The notes under the pieces: generated by a model
Told to the model about the DNA's origin: nothing
Databases searched by the model: none
Seen by the model: the letters and a program-made list of their open reading frames with translations, nothing else
Part shown: positions 48,986 through 63,261 of the stretch, in pieces
Numbering within the stretch: position 1 is the first letter of the stretch
How the letters are laid out: the number at the start of each line of letters is the position of its first letter
Source of the DNA: Chiloscyllium plagiosum
Lineage: Eukaryota
Assembly: GCF_004010195.1 (NCBI RefSeq)
Contig: NC_057750.1
Location: 5,606,595-5,670,594, forward strand
Reading direction: 5' to 3'
Length of the DNA stretch: 64,000 nucleotides
Program-made: the position numbers and the translations under genes

Positions 48986-51594
48986 GTATCTTTAAGGGTG
49001 TGTATCTTAAACTGTCAATCACTACTACCTTGGCAGAATGTGATATAATCGTCCTATAACTTGTCGTTAGCCTTCAGCTATTGTTTCCCAGTGAACATTC
49101 TGTGTATGTCATCTAATCTTCAAATACAGAACTCACATTATTGTTTCATCAATCCTTGTGTATGATGCAGGGTTAGGCTGACAGGTAACAAGTAACATTT
49201 GTGCCACACAAGTGCCAGGCAATGACTATCACCAACAAGGTAAATCCTAACTATTGTTTCCATGACAGTCAATGGCATTACCATCGCTGAATCCCCCATT
49301 TAAGCAACATCATGGGTGCCATGATGAAAACTGAATTGGACTAACTATATAAATGTTGTCTACAATGGCAGGTCAGAGGCTAGGAATATTGGGGAAAGTA
49401 ACTCACCTCCTGACTCCCTAAAACCTGTCGTTTATCTACAAGGCTCAAGGCAGGAGTGTGATAGAATATTCCCTGCTTGCCTGGATAGGGAGGGGTAGCA
49501 CTAAAAATACTCAATAAACTTGACATTGTCCAGGACAAAGCAGTCTGCTTGATTGGCAGCACATCCACCCCGTCCATCGCCACAACTCCGGAGCAGCAAA
49601 ATACACTGCAGAAATTCACCAACGATTCTCAGACAGCGTTTTCCAAACCTATGACCACTTCCACCTAAAAGGACAAGGGCAGCAGATACATGGAAACACC
49701 ACCTTGTGCCACTTCCTCTCCAAGCCACTCATCATCCTGACTTGGAAATACAACGCTGGTCCTTCCTTGTCGCTGGGCCAAAATCCTGGAATTCCCTCCT
49801 GAAAGGCATTGTGGGTCAACCCACAGCAGGTGGACTGCAGTGGTTCAAGAAAGCAGGTCACCCCCACCTTCTCAAGGGGGCGATTAGGGACGGGCAATAA
49901 ATGTTGCCCAGCCAGCAATACCCACATCCTACGGATGAATAAAAAATGTAACATTTGTGCCACATAAGTACCAGGCAATGACCACCTCCAACAAGACAGA
50001 TCTAACCATTGTCCTTTTGACATTCAGTGGAATTACCATTTCTGAATTCCCCATTATCAACATTGTGGGAGCTACTATTGACCAGAAACTGAATTTGACT
50101 AGCTGTGTAAATATTGTGCCTACAAGGAAAGGTCAGCGGCTTGTCAGCAGCGGACAAGTATCTCAATTTGAAGTCTTCAAAAATACGCTGACATCCCATG
50201 AATTAAAAAGAAAAATAATCAAGAACTCTGCCTGATTCTCATTGAATATAATAGCACGGAGACCAAAAGCAGCTCCCCTTCCAATTGTAACATACCCAAC
50301 TGTAACCCCTCTCCCAACGATCATTTTCCTAATTCTGACGCCAAACTCCAACCTGTGAATTCTAACCCCTGAATGTTCACCCCAAATCCAATGACTCCAG
50401 CATCCCAACTCCCCTCAATTCTCACCCCCTCAACAGCAATCCAGTCAACACCAACCACCCAAAATCCAACCCTCTGACCCCAATTGCAAAGCCCAACTTA
50501 CATTCTCATACCTCCTCACGCAACTTCCTGACTACAAGTCCTCTGACTTAGCCCTCTGTCCACTGTAGCCCCTCAACTCTAACCCAAATAAATACACTCA
50601 TCCCCCTCCCCCTCAAACAAACTCAACAAAGAGCAGAAACGTAAACAGGGACTCCCTTGTCCTATTGGGTCTGACTGCTCACTGCCTGAACCATCGAGGT
50701 AATTCTTGTGGAGTTTTCAGCTTGATCACTATGATCCATCTTTGATCATTAGGAAATGGTGACAAGGAAACAATGAGAGCTTGTAAACAGTGAACACTGA
50801 GCTCACAATCACTCATCACCCCTGCCTGCAAGTCCATCATATGATAACCATCTCCTATTGTAACTCAATCTTCCATATCTTCACTCAGTATTGATTTTCA
50901 TTTTGCATATGTTGCAGAGCTGCTGAAATGAAAGATTGGTGCCACCAGTTATCAAAGGTCTTGAATAGTCTCATCTTTTCTCCTACTCATTTCAGTCTTG
51001 GTGGTATCCTGGAGGTTAAACGATTCGCTGAGTTATCCAGAAATGAGTAATTACATGTCCACCGTTAGCTCAACATACTGTGAGTGGCAAAGTGACATGT
51101 TGCATGGGTACATTCATACACAATGTATTTGTCTGATCTGTGTTTGAATTTCCATGCTAATTGTCATTGTATGCTTGGAACTGTGAAGATTGAAGATGCT
51201 GGAAGATTTGTGTTGAAGGAGTGACAACACTTCTGTGAAGTATCAGACATGGCTTGGAAAGTAACGCTCTTGCCTCTGAGTCAGAAGGTTTTGGTTTCGA
51301 GTTCCAGTGAGAGACATGAACACAGAAAAAAGGTCAACATACCCAGAGCCAGGATTGAAAGAGTCGCTGTGTTGTCTTACAAGAGGAATGTCAAATGGAA
51401 ACCACCAGGCAGAAAGCTTTAGGAGCAGACATAGGCCATTCAGCCCATCGAGTTCGCTCTGCCATTCTATGAGATCGTAGCTGATCTGATAATCCTCAAC
51501 TCCACTTATCTGCTTCAATCCCATAACCCTTGATTCCCTAACTGATCAAAAATCTCTCTCCGCCTTGAAAATACTTGATGATTCAGCCTTGACG

Positions 51595-53400
51595 GTCATA
51601 GAGTCATAAAAGTGTACAGCACGGAAACAGGCCCTTTGGTCAAACCCATCCAACCCAATCTAGTCCCACCTGCCAGCACCCGGTCCATATCCCTCCAAAT
51701 CCTTCCTGTTCATATAACCATCCAAATGCCTTTTAAATGCTGCAATTGTACCAGCCTCCACCACTTCCTCTGGCAGCTCATTCCATACACGTATCACCCT
51801 CTGTATGAAAAGGTTGCCCCTTAGGTCTCTTTTATATCTTTCCCCTCTCACCCTAAACCTATGCCCTCTAGTTCTGGACTCCCCCACCCCAGGGGAAACG
51901 ACTTTGTCTATTTACCCTATCCATGCTCTTCATGATTTTGTAAATGGTCAAGGAAAAACAGCCCCAGCCTGTTCAGCCTCTCCCTGTAACTCAGATCCTC
52001 CAACCCTGGCAACATCCTTGTAAATCTTTTCTGAACCCTTTCAAGTTTCACAACATCTTTCCGGTAGGAAGGAGACCAGAACTGCACGCAATATTCCAAC
52101 AGTGGCCTAACCAATGTCCTGTACAGTTAGGTGAGTGGGCAGATGCATGGCAGATGCCGTTTAATGTGGATAAATGTATGGTTGTCCACTTTGGTGGCAA
52201 GAACAGGAAGGCGGATTACTACCTAAATGGAATCAATTTAGGTAAAGGGGCAGTACAGAGAGATCTGTGTGTTCTTGTACACCAGTCAATGAAGGCAAGC
52301 ATGCAGGTACAGCAGGTAGTGAAGAAGGCTAATAGCATGCTGGCCTTCATAACAACAGGGATTGAGTATAGAGGTGAAGAGGTTCTTCTGCAGCTGTACA
52401 GGGCCCTGGTGAGATCACACCTGGAGTATTGTGTGCAGTTCTGGTCTCCAAATTTGAGGGAAGACATTCTGGCTATTGAGGGAGTGCAGCGTAGGTTCAC
52501 GAGGTCGATTCCTGGAATGGCGGGATTACCTTACGCTGAAAGACTGGAGTGACTGGGCTTGTATACCCTTGAGTTTAGAAGACTGAGAGGGGGTTTGATT
52601 GAGACATATAAGATTATTAAAGGATTGCCTTCCTGTTCTTGCCACCAAAGTGGATAACCATACATTTATCCACATTAGACTGCATCTGCCATGCATCTGA
52701 CCACTCACCTAACCTGTCCAGGTCACCCTGTAATCTCCTAACATCCTCCTCACATTTCACCCTGCCAACCAGCTTAGTATCATCAGCAAATTTGCTAATG
52801 TTATTACTAATACCATCTTCTATATCATTAATATATATTGTAAAAATCTGTGGTCCCAGCTCTGTCCCTGTGGTACCCCACTGGTCACTGCCTGCCATTC
52901 CGAAATGGAGCCGTTTATCACTACTCTTTATTTCCTGTCAGCCAACCAACTTTCAATCCAAGTTAGTATTTTGACCTCAATACCATGCGCCCTATTTTGC
53001 TCACTAACCTCCTATATGGGACTTTATCAAAAGCTTTCTGAAAGTCAGGTACACTACATCTACTGGATCTCCCTCGTCCATCTTCAGAGTCACATCCTCA
53101 AAAAATTCCAGAAAATTAGTCAAGCATGATTTCCCCTTCATAAATCCATGCTGACTCTGACCTATCCTGTTACTACTATCCAGATGTGTTGTAATTTCAT
53201 CCTTTATAATAGAGTCCAGCATCTTTCCCACCACTGAGTTCAGACTAACTGGTCTATAATTTCCTATAAAGGAAAACATGCCACATGCCTTCTTCACTAT
53301 CCTATCTACCTGTGGCTCCACTTCCTCCGAGGTAAAGAATTTCAGAAGTTCTCTAACCTCTGAGAGAGAAAAATTCCTCCTCACCTCTGTCTTAAATAGC
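51595..53400. mobile_element. CR1 LINE ORF2 pieces in minus/plus/minus arrangement (RT core included)
   Basis: NYRPVSLNSVVGK, QHGFMKGKSCLTN, SKFADDTKL and LEYCVQFWSP motifs. Confidence 0.9.
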
Positions 53401-54207
53401 CAATCATTTTGTTCTGAGATTATCCCCTCTCGTACATAAGGGGAAACAACCTCTCCACATCTACCCTATCAAGTTCCCATAGAATCTTCTGTGCTTCAAT
53501 AAGGTCTTCTCTCATTCTTCTAAACCCCAGTGGGTACAAACCCAAACTACCCAACCTCACTTCATTAGGCGATCCCTCCATGCTGGGCATCTACATAGTG
53601 AACTCTGGACTGCATCCGATGCCAATATATCTTTTATTCAATAAGGGGTCCAAAATTGTTCACAATACCTGTCTGCCCAATCATCTGGGTGTAAGGTTTC
53701 CTCTGGCACTGTAACAAGTAGGAGCATATTTTCCCCCAGTCATCCTGGTGAACATATATCTTAGAAGCAACACTGGGACCCTTCTGCTTTTTTTGGGAGC
53801 TTGCTATGCACAACGTGCCATTTCCCACATAACAACACTGCATACACTTTGAAAACAAAGCTCACTGGCTTTAAAGTGCTTTGAGATGTCCTGTATATAA
53901 ATAAATACATAGGTAAATGTAAATTCTTTCTAAGAAATTTCAGGAAAGGAGGAGAGGTAACATTCCTTTAACAGGCAAAGCTGGTCAGACAATTAGTGAC
54001 CAACAGAGGGCAGCAACATCCTTACTCATGGGCTCAGGCAGTGTGGTATGAGACAAGTATGGACCTCCCACAGCTTCAGAGGTCTCTGCACATGCCAGGA
54101 AGCTTTGCAGATATTTTAATCTATAGTTTTTTACTTCACACTGACTTTGGGCTGTAGGGAGTTTGCAAATTGTTCTAAAAAAAGCCAGGGTCTGAGGTTG
54201 ATGTTAA

Positions 54208-54505
54208 ATTAGATTAGATTCCCTACAGTGTGGAAACAAGCCCCTCAGCCCACCAAGTCCACACCAACCCTCCAAAGAGTAACCCTCTGACTAATGCATT
54301 TAACACTATGGGCAATTTAGCATAGCTTATTCACCTGACCTGCACATCTTTGGAGTGTGGGAGGAAACCACAGCACCCAGAGAAAACCTACACAGACATG
54401 GGGAAAACATGCAAAATTCTCACAGAGAGTCACCCAAGACTGGAACTGAACCTGGGTCCCTCATGGTGTGAGGCAGCAGTTCTAACCACTGAGTCACCAC
54501 ACCAC
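54208..54505 (-). mobile_element. HE1-type V-SINE
   Basis: Reverse-complement match with attagattagatt tail. Confidence 0.75.
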
Positions 54506-54569
54506 CCTAAACATCATTTGAAAATTTGCAGACTGAAGCCCCTATATTATGAAATGGAAACTTATAGTG

Positions 54570-55340
54570 TCTAGATGAAATACAATGTGGGAAATATAAT
54601 GTAAGTTTATGCATTTTGGCAGGAAGAATAATATTATTTAAATACAGAAAGCTACAGCGCAAATGGATTGGAGGGTCTTTGTGCATAACTCACAAAAAGC
54701 AAGGATACAAGCTCAGCAAGTAATAGGGAAGGAAAATGGAATGTGGCCTTTTATTTAAAGGAAATGGAATATAAAAGTAATGAAGTCTTGCTAAAACTAT
54801 AAAGGCATCAGATAGACCACACACAGAGTGAATGTGGTTGCTCCCTTATCTAAGGGGACATATACTGGCATTGGAGGCAGTCCAGAAAAGGTTCACTTGA
54901 CTGATCCCGGGTGTGGAGGAACTGTCTTATGAGGAGAGGTTGTGTAAATTGGGTAGTAGTCATTAGAGTTAAGAAGAAACAATGACCTTATTGAAACAAA
55001 CAGGACTCTTTGGAGTCTAGGCTGGATAGAAGCGGAGAGGTTGTTTCCCCTTGTAGGAAGGCTGAGGACCCAGAGGGTTTAATCTCAGAGTAAGGGGATT
55101 GACTATTTGAGACAGCGATGAGGGGGGAATTTCTTCTTTCAGAGGGTAGGGAATCTGTGGAATTCTTTATCACAGAGAGCTGGGTTGTTAGGTTTATGTT
55201 CAATAAGGGAATCGACGGCTATGAGAATGAAGCAGAAAAATGGAGCTGATGATTACTAGATCAGCCTTGATCTCATTGAATGGCACAGCAGGCTAGATGG
55301 GCCGAATGACCTACTTCAGCTCTTGCATTTTATTGTCTAA
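54570..55340 (+). mobile_element. Degraded CR1 LINE 3' portion
   Basis: LEAVQKRFT and LSYEERL remnants, plus the typical 3'UTR. Confidence 0.75.
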
Positions 55341-56739
55341 TTGTACATAGCACAAAGGTTTATTATGTGTAAACAGCACTCCCAAAACACTACCCAGTTC
55401 TCCCTACACGTCCTTATTTCAGTGTTACCCCATATTCTTTAACAATGTCACTATCAAATACATCGGACAACATTGTTTCGAAGAAGCACAGGGATGTTCT
55501 CCTTGGTGCCCTGACCAATATTTACCCCTCGATGAACGCTGCAAAAAGAATATCACTGTGAGATTGTTACTTGTGAGATCTGGCTGTGCGCTGATTGACT
55601 CCTGCATTTCCTACCTAAATAGAAGTGCGTACACTTTGAATGCGCTTAATTGGCTGTAAATTGCCATAGGACAGTTTGTGATGGTGCTACATAAATGCAA
55701 GTCGGTAATTTTATTTCCCCTGTGTTATAGCTCTTCAGAATTCATTAATGCATTGCCCCATGCAATGTAACACTTTCACTCCCCAAGGGTATAACACAGT
55801 GCATCCCTTATCAACTCTAGCACCTCACTACATAATATTATCCACATACATTGTATTGTCTCTAACCTATATTTAAGTGCACACAATATATTTCCTTAAC
55901 TATACCAGCATCCATACAATGCAATAGACCTTGATATATTAAGTACGCCATCCCTGTTGCATGTCCTTAATATCGATTGAAGGATCTCTTAAGCTAGATA
56001 ACTCAAGGAGAGTTGGTGGCATAGTGGTTATAGCACTGGACTGGTAGTCCCAGGGTGTGGCGCTGGAAAAGCACAGCAGGTCAGGCAGCATCCAAGGAGC
56101 AGGAAAATTGACATTTTGGGCAGAAGCCCTTCTGCTGTGCTTTTCCAGCACTCTCTACTCTAATCTCCAACATCTGCAGTCCTCACTTTCGCCTAGTAGT
56201 CCCAGGCCCCAGGCTAATGTTCAGGGAATATAGGTTCAAATACCACTATAACAGCTGTGTTTTCTCTTAAATGATTGCTACTGTGAGGTCCTGTGCTTGA
56301 CCAAGCCGAACATAGGAGAACACGGCAGATGATGAAACTTGAACGAAATAAAAATCTGAAATTAAAAAAAAAACACTTAGTTGTCATAAAGCACCATCTG
56401 GGTAACTAAAGTCACCATAGATCTACCAGACCGTACTTAGGCCTCATCAGAGAGAGGACAGGATGTGAGTTTAACCTGAGGGTCACCACACCTCAGGTGA
56501 GGGGTAAGGTTGAGAAGACAGGCCCTTTATGGTATCCTTGGTTGTTATGGGAATTAAGCCCATATTGTTGGTATCACAAACTAGCCATTCAGCCAACTTT
56601 AGGGCAGGAAATCTGCCACCCTTATCTGGTCCGGCCTACATATGACTCCAGACCCATAGCAATGCGGTTGACTCTGGGTAGTTTGGAATGGGTAATAAAT
56701 GCTGTGCAGCCAGCAACTCCCATGAATATATAAAAACAC

Positions 56740-57575
56740 ATAAAAGATTTACAAGTATGTTGCCAGGGTTGGAGGGTTTGAACTATAGGGAGAGGCTGAA
56801 TAGGCTGGGGCTATTTTCCCTGGAGCGTCAGGCACTGAGGGAAGACCTTATAGAGGTTTATAAAATCATGAGGGGTATAGATAGAGTTAATGGTAGTTGT
56901 CTTTTCCGTAGGATGGGGGATTTCAAGACAAGGGGGAACATTTTTAAGGTGAGAGGAGAGAGATTTAAAAAAGACATGAGGCAAATTCTTTTACACAGAG
57001 GGTGGTTTGCGAATGGAATGAATTTCCTGAGAAGGTGGTGGATTTGGGAACAATTACAATGTTTAAAAGACATTTGAATAGATACATGAATAGGAGAGGT
57101 TTGGAGGGATATGGGCCAGGAGCAGGAAGGTGGGGCTAGTTGAGTTTGGGATTATGGTTGGCATGGACTGGTTGGACTAAAGGATCTGTTTCTGTGCTGT
57201 ATGACTCTACGAATCTATAACTCAATAAGGGGCATGGATAGGGTGAATAGCCAAGGTCTTTTCTCTGGAGTTGGGGAGTCCAAAACTAGAGGGCATAGGT
57301 TTGAGGTGAGAGGGGAAAGATTTAAAAGGGACCTAACGGGCAATGTTTTCATGTAGAGAATGATGCATGGCATGGAATGAGCTGCCAGAGGAAATGGTGG
57401 AGGCTGGTACAATTACAACATTTAAACGGCATCTGAAGAGTACATGAATGGGAAGGTTTGAGGGATATAGGCCAAATACTGACAAATGGGACTAGATCAT
57501 TTAGGATGTCTGGTTGATGTGGATGTTTTGGACCGAAGGATCTGTTTCCGTGCTGTACAAATCTATGAATCTATG
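56740..57575 (+). mobile_element. Two tandem CR1/HER1 3' ends
   Basis: [27 protein letters not shown]..., with a second copy from about 57228. Confidence 0.85.
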
Positions 57576-58047
57576 AGGAAAATTACTGAAAGAAAGGTAA
57601 TGTGAGATTTTGGGAGGAAGTTCATGTGTACTATAAACACCAGTGTAGGCTGACAGTCAACGCAGTACTGAGAGAGTGCTACAACATCAGAGATGCAATG
57701 TCTCAGATGATTTGCTAAACTGAGGCCTTGGCAAGGGGAATTTAAAAGATCCACTGGCCTTTATTTTGAAGAGCAGGGGAGTTCTCCCTGGAGTCCTGAC
57801 CAATGTTTATCCTTCAATTAACATCACCAAAACAGATTATTTACAGTTCTTATCACATTGTTTTTTTGGGAGCTTGTGTAAAGTGGCTACTGCGCTTTCT
57901 ACTGTTATGAACAAGGTTGGGGGAGGAATGTATTGTCTCTCTGAAGTCCCACTACTCCACTAGTTACAGCATATGTTAGAAAAATGTTTTACTCAGTTAT
58001 CGGTATGACTAATTATATATACTAATCAATCTCTGGTAGACAAGACT

Positions 58048-58242
58048 TGGAGATGCCGGTGTTGGACTGGGTGGACAAAGTTAAAAATCACACAATACCA
58101 GGTTATAGTCCAACAGGTTTATTTGGAAGCACACTAGCTTTCGGAGCACTGCTCCTTTATCAGGTAACTGTAGCACTCTGAAAGCTAGTGCTTCCAAATA
58201 AACCTGTTGGACTATAACCTGGTGTTGTGTGATTTTTAACTC
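58048..58242. mobile_element. Family A inverted pair
   Basis: gttaaaaatcacacaataccaggttatagtccaacaggtttatttggaagcac ... gtgcttccaaataaacctgttggactataacctggtgttgtgtgatttttaac. Confidence 0.75.
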
Positions 58243-58957
58243 TGGTTGACAACATATCCACTAACCAAGTTTCTTTAATAAACAAAAGAATTATTCAATT
58301 TTTAAATACAACAAAACAAATTCAATAAAGATGTAAAACTTATTAACATTGGTTGGAATGTAACTCAAGATAGATATCTTTCTAAATAACCTAAAGCACA
58401 CATGCACGCGCACACATCAGTTAAGGAAAAATTAAAGAAACTTTCTCTGCACAAAAAAAAATTGGCCAAATAAATGTTGGTATGTGAAGGGAAGAAACGA
58501 TGATACAAAATTGTCCAAGTCGTTCTCGGAAACAAAATCCGAAATTGCTGTAAATCCCAACAGGTTATAACAGTTCTAAGAAAGGGTCACTGGACCTGAA
58601 ATGTTAACTCTGCTTTCTCTCCACAGATGCTGCCAGACCTGCTGAGTTCTTCCAGCAATTTCTGATTTCATCAAGTAGACCAGACTGTGTAAGGATGGAA
58701 GATTTCCTTTCTTAAAGGACATTAATGAACAAGATGGGCTTTTCCCAATATTCAACAATGGTGTCATGATCATCATGAGATTCTTAATTCCAGATTTTTT
58801 ATACAATTGAATTCAAACTTTACTATCTGCCTTGGTGAGACTTGAACCTAGGTTCCAGGACATTACCTGCGTCTCTGGGTTAATAGTCTAGCAACAATAC
58901 CACAAGGCCAATCCTCCCTATAATCATAAATTCTTAGAGGGCTTGACAATGTAAAAG

Positions 58958-59250
58958 TAGATTAGATTAAATTAGATTAGTTACAATGGCCCAGCAAGTC
59001 CATTCCAACCCGCCGAAGTGCAACCCACCCAGACCCATTCACCCCTTCACCTAACACTATGGGCAATTTAGCCTGGCCAATTCACCTAACCAGCACATTT
59101 TTGGACTGTGGGAGGAAACCGGAGCACCTGGAGGAAACCCACACAGACACGGGGAGAATGTGCAAACTCCACACAGACAGTTGCCTGAGGTGGGAATTGA
59201 ACCCGGGTCTCTGGCGCTGTGAGGCAGCAGTGCTAACCACTGTGCCACCA
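58958..59250 (-). mobile_element. HE1-type V-SINE
   Basis: Reverse-complement match with (agatt)n tail. Confidence 0.85.
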
Positions 59251-59899
59251 TAGAAAGGTTGTTGCTCCTTGTAGGAGAATCAAGGACCAGAGGGCATAAT
59301 CTCAGAGTAAGGAATTGCCCATTTAGGACAGAGGTGAGTAAGACATTTTTTCCTCTTAGAGGACAGTGAAACTGTGGATTTCTTTACCACAGAGAGGTTT
59401 TGAGGCTAGTTCAATAAGCTGAGATAGAAAGATTCTTAACTAGGTAGGGAATTGAGATTTATGGGGAATGGACAAGGAAGTGGAGTTGAGGATTATCAGA
59501 CCAGCCATGATCTCTTTGAATAGTGGACCACTTTTGATGGACTGAATGGCCTGCTTTTGCTCCTACAACTTTAGGTCTTCCTCCCCCACCATTGAGGGTT
59601 CACAGCAGTTTTCAAGCCACAAAGTGGGGTCACAGTGGGAAAGGTATTGGGAAGTGTTGTATTAAGAAATATAGTTAAGGGTGAGTATCAGGATCTGATT
59701 GAATCGGGGAATAGACTCGAGGGTGTTGAATAGGGCCCGCCTATGTTTTCATACATGATCCCTAATTTCCCCTGTAGTGTTACTCCATAGAGTATTCCCA
59801 TTACCCTATGTATTACCCCCATCACCAGACGACACAGTCTCAGAAGAAGAGGTAGATAATTTTGGACTGAGATAAAGGAGGAATTTTGTCACTCGGAGA

Positions 59900-60230
59900 T
59901 GTACATCCCAGAAACAGACACTTCAGTCCAACTCGTTCTTGCTGACCAGATATCCTAAATTAATCTAGTCCCATTTGCCGGCATCTGGCCCCTATCCCTC
60001 GAAACCCTCCCTATTCACCTACCCATTCAGATGCCTTTTAAATGTTGTAATTGTACCAGTCTCCACCACTTTCACTGGCAGTTCATTCCATGAATGCACC
60101 ACCCTCTGTGAGAAAAAGTTTGCTCCTTAGGTCCCTTTTAAATATTTCCCCTTTCACCTTAATCCTATGTCTTCCAGTTTTGGACTCCCCTGCCCTGGGG
60201 AAAAGACCTTGACTATTAACCCTATCCTTG
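59900..60230 (-). mobile_element. CR1/HER1 3' end
   Basis: DRVNSQGLFPRAGESKTGRHRIKVKGE. Confidence 0.8.
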
Positions 60231-62584
60231 GAATTCTCTATCCTAGGGGTTATGGAGGCCAAGTCATTGAGTATGTTCAAGACAGAAATCAAGAGATATG
60301 TAGATACTATAGGTATCGAGGGATATGGGGATAGTGCAGGAAAATGGTAATTTAATAGATCGCCACAATCTCACTGAAGGGCAGAATGGGATCAATGGGC
60401 AGAGGGATCTTCTCCTGCTCCATTACGTTTGTTCTTACCGATAGATGTTGCAATTCCCTTTGCAGTTACCTCCATTGCACTCCAATAGTTCTGTATACAA
60501 TTCTTAATCGTCTATATCATTCCCGCTACAAAGTTAAAAATCACACAACACCAGGTTATAGTCCAACAGGTTTATTTGGAAGCACTAGCTTTCGGAGCGT
60601 TGCTCCTTCATCAGGTAGCTTAGATCGAAAGAGAGAGCACAAAAACTATGTGGAACAATTAACAGATTGGCACTGGGTAATGATGCTCATTTAAAGAGCT
60701 GGTACATGCATGATGTCTGTGATTCTAAGATGTTACTCTTAACCCCATATAAAAGCATAACGTAAAATATTGAAGATGCTCGAAATCTCAAACAAAAACA
60801 GAAAGTGCTGGATGAACTCAGCAGGTCTAGCAGCATCTGTGAAGACATAAACAGAGTTAACGTTTTGAGTCCAGAGTAACTTTTTTTTTGGAAGCGTCTC
60901 AATCCTAGATGGTTCCTGTTTTATATTCCTGCACTGGATCCAACCCTCCTGTGGACTTCCTAAAGTTGTAATGGGAATGGTAGCACAGTGGTTATGTTAC
61001 TGGATTGTAATTCAGAGTCCTAACATGGTATCATAAGGAATTGAAATTCAGTCAATTAAATAAAACTGGTGTTATAATTAAAACAGATTTTAAAACACGT
61101 GGATGGGTACATGAATTAAAAGGGTTTGGAAGGATATGGGCCAAATGCTGGCAAATGGGGCTAGATTAATTTAGGATATCTGGTCGGCATGGATGAGTTG
61201 GACCAAAGGGTCTGTTTACATGCTGTACATCTCTATGATTCTATGGTTCATAAATGTCCTTTAGGGAAGGAGATCTGCCACCTTTATCAGATTGCCTGTG
61301 AATCCAGACACACAGCAAGGTGGTGCTCTCTCTGAAATAGCTCTAGAAAGCCACTCAGAACCTCCATTCATACAAGGCAGGACAATAGCCTCTCCTCAAC
61401 AACAATAATGCTGACTTTTGCCTGAGCAGATACATTTTTAGGAGACTTTTCACCCACCACTGAGCATGTTATCTCCATTGATTCGATTCGATTGTTCTCA
61501 ACTTCAAACTTCAGGACAGTGTGATCTGACCTTGGAGGGAATTCAGTGTAGATTCATTTTTTTAAAATGACACTGGGACTTAAAGGTTGAAATTACAAGG
61601 GCACCATATATTACCAACTAGTCTCAATCCTGATTCCTTTGAGTACAGAACAGGATAGGATTATCTCACTGAGGTGATGATGATGGAGAAAAACTATTTC
61701 CTGTGATATGACGGTTGAAATCTGGAACATTCTCCCCAAAACTACAAATAGGAAGTCAATTGAAAATGTTAATATTGAGTGATTGAGAGATAATTCTATT
61801 AAGGGTCACAGAACCAGAGAGAGGAAATTAAATTAAGATAAATATCAGCCATGATCTACTTGAAAAACAGAACAGACACAAAGGACTGATTGGCCTCATG
61901 TTCCTACCCTGCATTGTCCCTCATTCTTAACATTACCCACACCCTTTCTTTTCTCTTTTTCAATACTCCTGCAGTTCTATCAGACCTGGCTAAGTCTAAA
62001 TCAATCCTCCATTGTGCTGGGGACAGTCCGTTCCCTTTGTAAGGGAAATGTCCCCAATTAAGCAGGAAGGAGATCCTGTTCTCTGTCACAATGCTGTGAC
62101 AATGGTGGGAGCATCCTGGTACAAATGTCCTCATCGAGACAGCTTGTGATCTTCCAGGCCTTCTCTGTGTTTACACAATTAAACCTGGCGTAAGGAGCCA
62201 AAAATGGTGTTTACCAGTTGGAGGTTAATTGTGTGTGTGTGTTCCACGGGATAGTTTGCAGAACAAGCCTTACTGTCTATTAATCAAGTAGCCAGTGAAG
62301 CTGGACAGTTTGACTCCCTGTTTTGATTCGGGATGTTAAACCGACTGCTTAGGTGAGCAGACAACAAAGATAAAGCAATTAGAAGGAGGAAACCACTATG
62401 TAGTTCTCCCCCCGCCACACCTTCCTGTTCTCCCTCTATGCCTCCTCACCTCTTTCTCATTCTTGCTTTCTACCTGCGCATCCTCTGTTTCTGTCCTTGC
62501 TATCAGCTCCTCTTTCCTTCTCTCCTTCCCTCGTTTTCCTCTGCTGTTTCCTCCAATCTCACTTCACCTCTTGCTATTTTTTCC

Positions 62585-63084
62585 NNNNNNNNNNNNNNNN
62601 NNNNNNNNNNNNNNNNNNNNNNNNNNNNNNNNNNNNNNNNNNNNNNNNNNNNNNNNNNNNNNNNNNNNNNNNNNNNNNNNNNNNNNNNNNNNNNNNNNNN
62701 NNNNNNNNNNNNNNNNNNNNNNNNNNNNNNNNNNNNNNNNNNNNNNNNNNNNNNNNNNNNNNNNNNNNNNNNNNNNNNNNNNNNNNNNNNNNNNNNNNNN
62801 NNNNNNNNNNNNNNNNNNNNNNNNNNNNNNNNNNNNNNNNNNNNNNNNNNNNNNNNNNNNNNNNNNNNNNNNNNNNNNNNNNNNNNNNNNNNNNNNNNNN
62901 NNNNNNNNNNNNNNNNNNNNNNNNNNNNNNNNNNNNNNNNNNNNNNNNNNNNNNNNNNNNNNNNNNNNNNNNNNNNNNNNNNNNNNNNNNNNNNNNNNNN
63001 NNNNNNNNNNNNNNNNNNNNNNNNNNNNNNNNNNNNNNNNNNNNNNNNNNNNNNNNNNNNNNNNNNNNNNNNNNNNNNNNNNNN
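62585..63084. other. Assembly gap
   Basis: Run of N. Confidence 1.
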
Positions 63085-63261
63085 TGACCTGAGGTACTGG
63101 GTACTGAGGCAGCCCCAGTGGGAATAAACCCACCTCCAGGCGCCTAGCTTAAGGCTTTTAGACGCTGACTGCCTCTTTAGGGTGCCACATTCCCCTCATG
63201 TTATCCTTCCCTGACCCCCTCCCCAGGGTGATCTACTAGAAGCTTCCCCATCCCAACCCAA

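Noticed and set aside
51944..53384. Functional reverse transcriptase gene
   Set aside because: Fragmented, inverted and frameshifted CR1 ORF2 remnants; no endonuclease domain or intact ORF.
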